DNA of 64,000 nt from NCBI GenBank assembly GCA_030295235.1, contig AP026162.1:496001-560000 (forward strand). Reading direction: 5' to 3'. Source of the stretch: Fistulifera solaris. Its lineage: Eukaryota. Positions 22,396 through 33,416 of this stretch are shown piece by piece. Under the pieces are notes generated by a model. It saw only the letters and a program-made list of their open reading frames with translations, did no database searches and was not told where the DNA came from. The stretch's first letter is position 1. Every line of letters begins with the position of its first letter. Both the position numbers and the translations under genes were made by a program.

Positions 22396-23272
22396 TCGAC
22401 TGCCATTTTCACTATGATGGTAAAGTGTTGGTTGTACGCGATCGCGACTTAATTTCAGTCACTTGAAACGCCGCCGAAGCAATGAGAACACCAGAGTTGT
22501 GTACAAACAAAAGCGCGAAGTGTATAATCGAATGCCATGGAAATACCTATATATGATCTAACTACCATCTTCATTTGAAAAACGCCAGTATTTGCGTCGA
22601 AAAAGATTCCGTATCGTCGATTGCCATTTTCACTATGATGGTAAAGTGTAGGTTGTACGCGATCGCGACTTAATATTTCAGTCACTTTAAAAATTCGCCG
22701 AAGCAATGAGAGCACCAAAGTTGTGCACAAATAAAAGCGCGAAGTGTATTATCGAATGCCATGGAAATACCTATTTATGATCTAACTACCATCTTTGCGT
22801 CGAAAAGCATCCGTATCGTCGACTGATATTTGCACTATACTGGTAAAGTGTAGTTTGTACGCGATCGCGACTTAATTTCAGTCACTTTAAAAATTCGCCG
22901 AAGCAATGAGAGCACCAAAGTTGTGCACAAATAAAAGCGCGAAGTGTATTATCGAATGCCATGGAAATACCTATTTATGATCTAACTACCATCTTTGCGT
23001 CGAAAAGCATCCGTATCGTCGACTGATATTTGCACTATACTGGTAAAGTGTAGGTTGTACGCGATCGCGACTTAATATTTCAGTCACTTTAAAAATTCGC
23101 CGAAGCAATGAGAGCACCAAAGTTGTGCACAAATAAAAGCGCGAAGTGTATTATCGAATGCCATGGAAATACCTATTTATGATCTAACTACCATCTTTGC
23201 GTCGAAAAGCATCCGTATCGTCGACTGATATTTGCACTATACTGGTAAAGTGTAGGTTGTACGCGATCGCGA
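22396..23272. repeat. Tandem array of ~200-bp units (4 full plus partial)
   Basis: Marker GTACGCGATCGCGA at 22434, 22655, 22857, 23057 and 23259 (periods 221, 202, 200, 202). The later units are near identical. Confidence 0.95.
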
Positions 23273-23274
23273 AT

Positions 23275-24553
23275 CTACGGGTCGCGTGAACCGTGCATTT
23301 CCACCTGCACGTAGAATTCTACAGGTTATGGTACAAAACCTTTCTGTCGGCATTTTGCATCACGTCGTGTCGCACATTTTTTAAAAAAAAATGATAATAA
23401 CGAAACACTTTATGTATTCGAATAAATAAACAATTGATTATGACTAAAAATAATGATGCTGAGAACATGGGGTAAGCCGCAGTGCGCTGCTGTATATGGT
23501 TCAGTCGCATTTTGTCATTTTGCTCACGATGGCTCGACGCCTCATTTTCACAGAAACCTCGATATGTCGAGCATGTAGCTCTAAATCGAAGCACTTTTGC
23601 CACAGTTGGCTTAAGAAATAAAAGTTTTGTTTCATGGAGCACTGAGCGGGCGCGTTACGCCTGGGGTCGTGACATTATTTCGCAATATGGTGTCCTCTTG
23701 AGCCGGTCGTCGGTCGAATATGTCGATTATAATCATAATATGCCTTGATCTCATCACCGCAAGCTTTTCTCAATGCAATATGTGAGATAACTATAGAAGG
23801 AACACTACTTTATTTGGCGAAGCAACAATCAACCACTATTTTATATCCATTGCAAGAAAGGGGTCGAAAATCGCCCTTCTACAAAATTCGCGAACAACTA
23901 GCGACGCAGGAGGACTCCGGATGCGCCAAAGTGCAGAGCGTTTTCTCTTGATCGATATTGCTGACTGTGGTTGAATTCGCATCTCAATGAGCATTTTCAT
24001 TGAGATTGAACGGCTGAACTTCCGGATTTTTCTATGTTGTGTTGGGCGGCGTTCAATAGCTTCTATCGTCATCAAAGAACGCTCAAACCCTATTTGAAGT
24101 GACATAATATTAAATCTGCACATCATGATTGCCATATGATTTTATTTTCGAAAGATAATAGTTGTAAATGAATTGACTTTGCGCTTTTCATCGAACGGGA
24201 CACACCGAAAAATGCTGGTCTACCAACATACGTACAACTGGCGACTCATGCGCTACCTCGATGCACAAATACGCCGATCTTTTTCCCATCTTATTTATCT
24301 TTTGTTGTTTATATTTTGTGCATCCAACCATCCATAGATAAAAAAGATCTTGACAGCGGAAGTTCACCTCCGAGTTGCGTTTCAATGGAAAAAGTGTTTT
24401 CTCCCACCGACGTGAAAATTTCTTAGTATCGAAACGTGTTCATGAAAAAGTTAATTAGACAAAAATTTAAATATCCATCCGGTACTGGTCCGGTACTCCT
24501 TATTCTGCGCACAGTTGGTGAAAGATGAAATGCACGGTTCACGCGACCCGTAG
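23275..24553. mobile_element. Non-autonomous TIR DNA transposon (~1.28 kb)
   Basis: Perfect 27-bp TIRs CTACGGGTCGCGTGAACCGTGCATTTC at 23275-23301 and 24527-24553. AAT on both flanks. The interrupted array sequence resumes after it (CGCGACTTCATTTCAGT). No recognisable transposase ORF. Confidence 0.88.
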
Positions 24554-24569
24554 AATCGCGACTTCATTT

Positions 24570-24995
24570 CAGTTTACACTCGGGAATATCTGGGACAGGT
24601 GTATTGCTCCTAAAGCAAACCTGTAGACGTTCAAGAAATTGCGAAATTGGTGGTTTCCATCCTTCATTCTATAGGAAATTTCTGCACGTTCCAGATAAAC
24701 TGGAATCATCGGTGATCGGTGTTTACGGTCCTATTGAAGTTCTATGAACATTCCAGAAATTCTGGAATCGGTTTTTAGTCTTACAGAAATCATATGTACG
24801 TGTCAGAATTTCTGGAATCTGTGTTTTTGGATCCTAGGTCTACATCCCACAGAGAATTTGTGCGCGTTCCAGATATTTTGGAATTATCGGTGTTCATGTT
24901 TTTATTGAAGTTCTATGAACATTCCAGAAATTCTGGAATCGGTCTTTTGACTTACAGAAAATCCGAGTGTGCCTCGGATGATCTGGAATGGTGTT
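24570..24995 (+). repeat. TTCCAGAA palindrome-family repeat block with a 171-bp higher-order duplication
   Basis: TATTGAAGTTCTATGAACATTCCAGAAATTCTGGAATCGGT at 24732 and 24903. Degenerate palindromes about every 50-65 bp. Confidence 0.85.
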
Positions 24996-25349
24996 TTTGC
25001 TCATAAACTCGTACTGGTAAGGAAATCCTGTTCAATGAAATTCAATCTTGGTAGCTTTGAGACAACAGTATTGTTTGCTAATACTTTCGTATTAGTCTAT
25101 AGAAAGACGTCCCGTTATTATACGAAATACGGAATGCTATTTTTTCCTCCTTGACTGTACTGTACTCCATTTGTTGATCAGATAGCTTAGAGCGGTGCAT
25201 CGTGTTTCGAATTTCAAAATTATATCACAATCAATCAAAAGTTGAAATACAAAGGGACACGTTTCACATCGTAGATGTCGTTGGTATCTTGTATAGGCGT
25301 CACTTTGCAAAGCAATGCTTCCGCCGCCTACAAAAGTATGGGAAAGCCT

Positions 25350-26687
25350 TCATCCCAGCAGTCTTCGCGAAGATACGAAACGTATGGCCACAACTACGAG
25401 AATTGTTGTGAATGCCATTTTTAACCACGGCAGCAAATGGCCATCCATCGTTGTATTTATCGTCCGCAGTTCATCTTCTGACCAAGTAGGATGCGGAGTT
25501 TGTAGAGTACGTTGACCCGTACTCAGCACGGTCTGGCCATACTGATTTCGCACTTTAATTTCTACAATTGAATTATCCCAATCGATGTGAATGACTCCAT
25601 AGTTGATGCCAATGTAATAACTAAGAAAGTGTGAGTGGAGCATCAAACCATAGCTTAGAACCCTGAAAGCACTTACTTTGTTATATTGTTGTGGCGATGA
25701 CTGGAAAACGTGTTTAAGAGAGGCTTGCACAGTCCTCCATAGAATGGCGAAGCGCAATCGTGGGTTAACCCCGAGCTTGTCACTTCCAAAAACGTATCTT
25801 CTTTCATCGCCATCGGGTCGAGAATTTCACCGTGATGCACGTCACCTGAGAGAATATAAACCGCAGTCTTGTGTGACATCTGGGATATCAGCCGAAACAA
25901 GCGATCTCGTTCCGATGGAAAATGTCCCCAACCTTCCATCATAGGATTTGTGGATAAGACCTGAATGCTACTGATGATCAGTGTCAGTGCACTGTCTGAT
26001 GCCTCGGTTTCTTGCACAAGCCACTGCCATTGTTCCTCACCCAATAAAGTGGACTGCGATGGACACAGGCTAGGAAACAAACCAGCCGCGAACCACCTCG
26101 TAAGACAAGCAAACCCCGACCCCAACGGTACTTTCATGGCGACGGAAGGAATGCAATGCTGCTGCCGGTGCCACCGAGTATCAAGAAATAGGATTTTGAC
26201 CTTTCGCGGTGCACTGCCGATCGTAAGACTCGAGTAAACGCCATCTCTGTTCTCTATCATTTTGTGGCCCAGAAAATCCCAAAACAAGTTGGCTCGCTCT
26301 CTTCGATTCGGTAGTTCTCGCCCCGCATCGTTCCCTCCATAATCGTGATCGTCCCAAGTACCATAAATACCGAGAGGAGGATGAAAGTCTGAGTAGCCCA
26401 GTGTAGCGTTTGTTTTCATTTGTTCGTATTCATACTGCAGCGCTTCGAGAGATGCTTCGGAACGGCCTTTGGTATAAACCGAATCCCCAGTCCAAAAAAA
26501 AGATTTGTGGTTTCTCTGCCCGAATACTAGACCACGTTTTCTGAGCATTTGCGGCATATTTTCGATTGTGACAAGAACCAAATGCTGCATTGGTAAGAGT
26601 GATGTCTGGGAATTCGAAATCGGCGGCATTCGCTGTTGGGAGGAGCCAAAGCGCAATCAAGAGGTCTATGTATAGTTGTCTCCTCAT
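25350..26687 (-). CDS. PhoD-like alkaline phosphatase with signal peptide and C-terminal membrane anchor
   Basis: AFGSC, WTGDSVY, TWDDHDYG, FLDTR, LLGEEQWQWL, SGDVH and EVTSSGLTH motifs. Frameshift in the A run near 26494-26501. Intron 25676-25621. C-terminal hydrophobic segment. Confidence 0.88.
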
Positions 26688-26794
26688 TACTGGAAACTTG
26701 ACGTTTTGCAACGAAAAGATTGTAGTGGAAAGTATTATCATTGCTATGGACGATGCGAAAACACCATCACACATCACATTCAACATATTCAACA

Positions 26795-27281
26795 TCTTCT
26801 CTGGGCATTGTGAAAACACCACACTCCCACATTTTCTGGGCACGTGAGACACCGGTCGCACAGATTTTCTGGTTAGTTGTAAAATCCACTTCCCCACATT
26901 TTCTGGGAACGTGAGACACCGGTCGCACAGATTTTCTGGTTAGGTGGAAAATCCACTCCCCACATTTTCTGGGAACGTGAGACACCGGTCGCACAGATTT
27001 CTGGTTAGGTGGAAAATTCACTCGCCCATAATTTTTGGGAAAGTGAGACACAGCTCTCCCTGATTTTCTGGCTGATTGAAAAATTCACATCCCCACATTT
27101 TCTGGGAACGTGAGACACCACACTCGCAGATTTTCTGGGTAGGTGAAAAATCCACTCTCCCACATTTTCTGGGAACGTGAGACACCGCACTCCCAGATTT
27201 TCTGGCTAGGTGTAAAATCCACTCGCCCGCATTTTCTGGGCACGTGAAAAACCCACTCTCCCACATTTTCTGGGAACGTGA
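26795..27281. repeat. Minisatellite, 66-67-bp unit made of two ~33-bp subunits (~7 units)
   Basis: CCCACATTTTCTGGG(A/C)ACGTGAGACACC...GATTTTCTGG repeated. The [AC]ACGTG hexamer starts at 26841, 26908, 26974, 27107, 27174, 27241 and 27275. Confidence 0.95.
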
Positions 27282-27441
27282 TATCTTCTTCACGCTTATC
27301 GCGTGACCCAATGATACGAGACTGCATTCAAAGCCAACCAATATTTTTCAAGATTTTTGCTTTTCTGTGCTATCATTATTACTCCGTGTAAGGACGAGTT
27401 CTTCTTGTTCTTGCAACGTAACGATACCATATTGCGACAAC

Positions 27442-29133
27442 ATGGCTTTCAATTCATCCCCAAAGGCGTCCGCAAAGACCCCTACTAAGCGGCCCGCACA
27501 AGCCAAACCGAACGCATCGAACAAAAAGGCAAAGACTACAACCGCGGCACCTCCTCGTCAGCGCCGCCACGCGGATATTGTGGAAGAAGCCAAGGTTTTA
27601 TGGAACAAATTGCGTGTTAAAACGAATTCACCCGAGCAGACGCGGGAACTTCTCGATCAACTCATTCCATTGATCCAAAACAAGGCCTGTCAGATTGCTT
27701 TGCAACATGATGCCAGCCGTGTTGTACAAGCCGTATTTCAGTTTGGCAGCCCCGAAGAGCGAGCTTCGTTGCTCAAAGAATTACTAGAAGACGGCACTAC
27801 ATTCCTGGAATTATGCAAAAGCCAATACGCTCACTTTTTGGTTTTGAAAGTCATCAAATACTGTCACAAAGAACATTCCGAACAAATTCTCAAGGCGTTT
27901 CGCGGACACATGTCGAAATTGGCGGTACATGCGGTGGGAGCACGGGTGTTGGAATCGTTGTTCAACACATTCACACCGAAACAGACGGCTTTTCTGAAAC
28001 AAGAATTTTACGGTCCCCATGTTACCATCTTCGCCTCGGAACAGTCGGCTTTGGAGGAGGCGCCGACATTGCGAAAGAATATCGAGAAACTTCCCGAGAA
28101 AAAGGACAAAACCATTGCAGCTATTGGAAGTTTGGTGAATAAAGGAGCAAAGAAGATGCTTTACGGATTAACGTTCTTCCAAGAACTGATGTTCGAGTAT
28201 CTTTCGGAGGTGGATCCGAAGGAGATACGTGCATTTGCTGCCACAGCAGAAATCGTCCATCTAACCTCCAGTCGACCTGGAGCACAAGCGGGAGCTTTAC
28301 TTATTTCGTATGGAACTGCCAAAGATCGAAAGCGAATGTTAAAGAGTCTCAAGGGGTTTACTCTATCGGCTCTATTGCATCCCGATGCCTACTTGATGAT
28401 TATTCGTCTGGTGGAACTCACCGACGACACTGTTTCCGTACAGAAGAACCTTCTCAATGAGCTAGTAACTGCTCCTCCCGAATCGGAAAACCAAGATTCT
28501 CCCCTGCTAAAGTTGGCTGTCGGGATTAACTCTAGCAAATTGTTTCGGTTGCTCCTTGCTCCGGAAAGTCGCCAGAAGTTGTTTGATCCTTTTGAACACT
28601 CCGTTTTGTTTGAAAATCCGACAGTCAAAGAAGACGGTGACGAAGTGCCGACTAGCAAAAAAGAAGCTTCTGTTCGAAGACAAGAGTTGCTGAAATTTTT
28701 GCGGGAGCCGCTGGAGCAGCTTTGTACGAAACACGCTCTGGATTTGATGAAATCCCAACCTGGATCATATGTTCTAAGGGATGTCTACGCAGCGTTCCGT
28801 TCCAACGAAGTTGTTAAAGCCGTAATAGAGGCATGCCGTCAAGAGAGCTCAATTCTGGATGATTTTCACGGACATTTGTCTATCAAAAACATAGTCTTGT
28901 CGGATGTGGGCGACTCCGAAGCTCTATTTTCGTCGATGTTCATTGAAGCCTTTTCGGATGATCTTACTGAAATTTGCGAGACGAACCGAGGGGCTTTTAT
29001 TGTGGAGGCTCTATATAAAGTACCTACCGTGCAGAAACTTGTGAAGAAGAAAATTGACAAGAAGAAAATCAAACAAAAATCGAGAGGTGATGGCCCAACA
29101 GCTGGGTTCAAGGCTCTCCTAGCAGTGCTTTAG
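27442..29133 (+). CDS. PUM3: Pumilio homolog 3 / Puf6 nucleolar RNA-binding protein
   Basis: Basic N-terminus with LQHDASRVVQ, YAHFLVLKVIKY, GTAKDRKRMLKSLK, TDDTV and TSKK (CPL domain). Confidence 0.88.
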   Translation: MAFNSSPKASAKTPTKRPAQAKPNASNKKAKTTTAAPPRQRRHADIVEEAKVLWNKLRVKTNSPEQTRELLDQLIPLIQNKACQIALQHDASRVVQAVFQFGSPEERASLLKELLEDGTTFLELCKSQYAHFLVLKVIKYCHKEHSEQILKAFRGHMSKLAVHAVGARVLESLFNTFTPKQTAFLKQEFYGPHVTIFASEQSALEEAPTLRKNIEKLPEKKDKTIAAIGSLVNKGAKKMLYGLTFFQELMFEYLSEVDPKEIRAFAATAEIVHLTSSRPGAQAGALLISYGTAKDRKRMLKSLKGFTLSALLHPDAYLMIIRLVELTDDTVSVQKNLLNELVTAPPESENQDSPLLKLAVGINSSKLFRLLLAPESRQKLFDPFEHSVLFENPTVKEDGDEVPTSKKEASVRRQELLKFLREPLEQLCTKHALDLMKSQPGSYVLRDVYAAFRSNEVVKAVIEACRQESSILDDFHGHLSIKNIVLSDVGDSEALFSSMFIEAFSDDLTEICETNRGAFIVEALYKVPTVQKLVKKKIDKKKIKQKSRGDGPTAGFKALLAVL

Positions 29134-29445
29134 ATGATGAATGAATCTAGTTTCTTATTTAATAAGTATGTAACATCATTGGATACTTTAGCTTTAGGGA
29201 GCCATGCTCTAGCTAAATGCGAGACGTTTCGGCGGACTTCAAGTCTGTACTAGCCATAACCTTAGTTCGCGCGACGTCAAAGCGAGATTGAAGTTCAAGA
29301 TGAGATTTTTACTCCACGCGAAAGCGAACGACGGAAAGTTCGACACCACACGGCGGCGTCGCTTTTCGTTTTCTTTGAGAAAGAATAAGAGACTTCACAG
29401 AGTAATAATTAAAACCCACAAAAGCAATACAGTATAACAGAAGAA

Positions 29446-30297
29446 ATGAATCGAACAAGATCGCTGACGTTCTTTGCGGCCTTTGCTGGAGCGCTGTCAT
29501 CCTCGATGGCTTTCGTACCTTCGACCAACTCCAACCGAATGCAAGTAATGCTGCTGCAATCCTCGCCGACCCCTGCCACCACATCCTTTATCGAAAATGA
29601 GCTCCGAGGAGCAGCAATGAGACTTCATACGCGACAACAGGCACCAAAAGAAGGACTGGCCCCGGCGAAAAGATGGAACCGTACACACCCACCAGAGCCG
29701 ATTATTTGCAGTTTCTCATTGATTCACAACACGTTTACAAAGCATTTGAAAGTGTTGTCAACGAAAGACCAGAACTCGAAGCATTTCGTAACACGGGCTT
29801 GGAACGAGTTGCTCCCTTGGAGACGGACATTAACTTCATGTGTTATGAATATGGTCTGACGCGGACCGAAGTTGGTCAACCCGGAATACGATACGCTGAA
29901 ATGATCCGAGGGATTCAATCAATTCCAGAATTCATGTGTCACTATTACAATTTTTACTTTGCACACACTGCAGGAGGGAGAATGATCGGAAAGCAAATGA
30001 GCGCCCTCCTTCTCGACAAGAAGACACTCGAATTCTACAAGGTACGTCGATTCTTATTGTTGATAAAATCTGCTTCCGGTGAACTTACATTCGATCTTAT
30101 GGCTTTCTATTCGCATCTCACTTCAGTGGGATGGTGACTTGAATCAAATCAAGGCGCGCGTGAAGGATAGTATTGAAGATATGGCAGCGCGTTGGTCAGA
30201 AACAGAAAAGCAAGAATGTGTCGAAGCTACAGCGGCCGCATTCCAAGGAGGGGGTGGGGTCAACTCCCATCTTTCCGGAGGACAGTCGCCGCACTAA
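29446..30297 (+). CDS. Plastid heme oxygenase (HO1-like)
   Basis: Bipartite leader SMA-FVP with AMRLHT, YLQFLIDS and CHYYNFYFAHTAGGRMIG. One missing A near 29670. Intron 30042-30126. Confidence 0.92.
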
Positions 30298-30796
30298 TTA
30301 AAGTTTTCGTTCATGCCGCATTGGGCTGAATATCTATTAATATTACAGCATTTGACAAAGCGCCAATTGTTCTATATAACGGAGTATATTTTTTATTATT
30401 GCTTCATCAGTCGTTGCTAGTACTATGCTTCTCTACTCGATCTAGATGAGTGTTTTCAAATGGCCGATCCGATCTTGGCTACAGCAGAGAGATGACCTAA
30501 GATACCTCTCTAGAGCTCTAGCTCTAGCTCGTGACTTGTGAGTATGACGTCAGTCCTACCTCTTCGGTCAACCTGTGTCCTAAAGCTAAGTACGAAACAT
30601 ATGCCTTATGGATGTATAACTCAACCCTGTACCTTGAGTGCCGTAGCGATTTTTGGTGATATCACTGAACAAGCCACTAAAAGTAGCACAGTGACGCAAT
30701 GGTGACGAAGCACGGTCGCTTTTGGGTCGGACAAACGGCACGTCCACAAGCGACGCTGCGTGCTGCATACCGATGCATTACAATTGCATCGTGACC

Positions 30797-32040
30797 ATGG
30801 CGCCTTTTAGCAAATTCATCGCGACGCGAGTGTCGCCCCGCGTCTTTGGATTGTAAGTTAGTTGATTTAGTTTTGAGCGACGTAAAGACTCGACGGACTT
30901 GAAAACGGAAAACGTCGACCTCTTTTAAATCAAGATAAACTGGTGCCGATAAATCGCTAGACCAGGATTCCTTCGCTTTGCATTATGAACGTCAACATCC
31001 ATTGTTATGCTACAAACACCTCAAAATTTTCTCCCTTCTTTCACAGGTTGGCGCAACAGTCACGTGGTATGGCTACGGAGAAGCAAAGTAAGTGTCGAAT
31101 GAATTTTTACCTATTTCCTACGAGCGCAGGTTCAAAGTCCGGGCATCGGCGCTATTTAGAACGGATTTCTCATATTATTTTTTTCTTATTACTCTTTTTT
31201 TTAGTTCTTAACCAGATCAATGCTACCAAGAATATCAAAAAGATCACGAGTTCCATGAAAATGGTGTCCGCAGCCAAGTTGAAGGGAGATGAGAACAGAC
31301 TTGCGGTGGCTGAACCGTTTAACGCTTGGACCTACAACTTGACGTCGGAACCCATGCTTCTCGAGGACGCAAACTTTGAGGGGCTACCACAGAAGGTCCT
31401 CATTGTGCCTTTCACCACGGATAAAGGTCTTTGCGGTGGTGTCAACTCTTTCATCTCGCGTGGTGTTCGAGACATGATCAAGAAAATCAAGGAAGATGGC
31501 AAAGATGCCGATGTCGTTGTTGTTGGAGACAAGGGCCGATCGCAGATGAATCGTTCGGTCGGTCAGCACATCACCCGCTCCTTGACGGAAGTGCTTTCTC
31601 CAGGAACCTTCGGACTAGCATCTTGCTTGGCACAGGAAATCATCGCTGCTGGATATGAAGATTATGATGCTGTTGTCCTGGTATACAACTCATTCGTCAA
31701 CGCTGCTGTTTACAAGCAGATGTACAAGGTCATTAAAAAGTTGAAAACCGAAGCAGAAGGCGGGGAAGAGATGTTGATGGGTGAATATGAATTTGATGCC
31801 GATAAGGAGGAATTTGTCTCGGACTTGAACGAATTTGTACTTGCTTCGCAAATCTTCCATTCTTTCATGGACGGAGCTGCTGCCGAGCAATCTTCTCGAA
31901 TGACTGCCATGGAGAACGCCTCAAAGAATGCTGGGGAGTTGATTGATAAGTTGACCTTACGATACAATCGAGCCCGTCAGGCTCGCATTACCACCGAGCT
32001 CATTGAGATTATTTCTGGAGCTTCTGCTCTTGAGGGTTAG
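30797..32040 (+). CDS. ATP3: Mitochondrial F1 ATP synthase gamma subunit
   Basis: Exons 30797-30852, 31047-31087 and 31205-32040. KNIKKITSSMKMVSAAK, DKGLCGGVN and RARQARITTELIEIISGA. Mitochondrial-type presequence ending RG-MAT. Confidence 0.95.
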
Positions 32041-32612
32041 AGTAGCTTAACAATCGTGTAATGTCAGGATTTCCCTTTTTCGATATTATCCACTTATTGA
32101 AATGTATGGGCACTTGCAGAGAGGTTGACTATCTTCGTCACTTACTTGATCGTGACGAAATTTTGATGACATGTTGCTTACCAGGTTATGGCCGTGCACG
32201 GGCAAAAATAACAAACAGCTGATCTTAAATTTACTGTTTAATGGACGTCTTCTCTATGGAAGATTGAAGGCTGCAATCATAAATCTACAAAACTTTTTCT
32301 CCTCAAAGAAATGCGCCAATGGCTACTTTCTGACGGATTAAAATTCACCTCGAACCGCGATGCATTATAAATCGGAAGGGTGACTGGTTTTACTTTTTCA
32401 CGAAATACTGACCCCTCTACCTTGTTCTCGGACGTTTATGAGAAGAAAACGTAGGTGTGATCGAACTCGTTGGCTGTGCATTCATAGAGAAACAATATGT
32501 AAAATATCGAAGAGAAGAAAGGGCGCGAACCATTCATACTTATTCGTGGCCGAAAAGCAAATCGAAGACATGAGACCAGTTCTCATGCCAGGTTGTCAAA
32601 AGTGCTCACTCA

Positions 32613-33416
32613 TTAAAGAATCAGCATTTTGGTTTCGCAAGGAATGCAAATAGCAAACAGGTGCATCGCTTCATTGGGTGGGCAAGGTCCCACTTGAAAC
32701 GATAAATTTTGCGAGCAATAAACTGCGTGTTGCTCGTAAGCCTCTTGTAAGCGGTCTTTGAAACTAGGTAGAGTCAAACCGAGCTGATTGGGTATGTTCA
32801 AGTCGCATGATGAGTCCATCGTGTTTGGGCATACGAATGCGCCATTTTGTTCTTGTCTCAACAATGCATCCGTACAAAGAGGGCACAGAACGCTCTCGTG
32901 GAAATCAGAACCATCTAAATCTTCATCGTGTTGATACTGCAATATTCTTTCTTCCAACTCACGCTCTTCAACGTCCGCCAAAGCAAGCATCTGTTCATAG
33001 TCGTCTAAATCAGCGGCATCCATTTCCATTTCAAGCTCGGCCAGCAATTCGAAAAGTTCTTCCTCGCTGATAAAATGGTGCGCTGTTGGGGTCAAAGAAT
33101 CTGTCGACACCATTGGTGAAGTTTCAAAGTCCTCTCCTAACATAATGGACCTTATGTTCTCCGCAATCATTAGACGTGGCTGTTTGTGATCGATGCATGG
33201 AGAGTCGACAACAACACCCATATCCATCAGCTCCTCTTCTAGTATTCTGCGCACAGCGGACATGCCTGAAGAGCTTGCGATCAGCCCATTCGGCGACTTC
33301 TTTTTCCTTTTTAATCGATCGAGACATCCTTGCCGTAGCTTTTCCTTCCAGATTTTCGAGGAAACTGGAATGTTTCGTTTCGTGATCACGGATCCAGTTT
33401 CCGATTTCGACGGCAT
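32613..33416 (-). CDS. RPA-interacting protein (RIP/RPAIN)-like
   Basis: WKEKLRQGCLDRLKR N-terminal motif, acidic middle region, C-terminal CPLC...C...H...C...CxxC zinc-binding region. Confidence 0.75.
   Translation of the reverse strand: MPSKSETGSVITKRNIPVSSKIWKEKLRQGCLDRLKRKKKSPNGLIASSSGMSAVRRILEEELMDMGVVVDSPCIDHKQPRLMIAENIRSIMLGEDFETSPMVSTDSLTPTAHHFISEEELFELLAELEMEMDAADLDDYEQMLALADVEERELEERILQYQHDEDLDGSDFHESVLCPLCTDALLRQEQNGAFVCPNTMDSSCDLNIPNQLGLTLPSFKDRLQEAYEQHAVYCSQNLSFQVGPCPPNEAMHLFAICIPCETKMLIL

Noticed and set aside
23319..24385. Transposase inside the TIR element
   Set aside because: Only short ORFs on both strands, with no DDE or DNA-binding motif recognisable.
24751..24767. Canonical heat-shock element
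   Set aside because: GAA and TTC are separated by one base rather than two, so it is not a contiguous three-unit HSE. Kept only as a hypothesis within the repeat-family finding.
26767..27341. Repetitive ORFs (SHVPRKCG..., TFPENVGE...) here and near 51.0, 40.1 and 63.5 kb
   Set aside because: They are translations of tandem repeats, open in several frames, with no family motifs.
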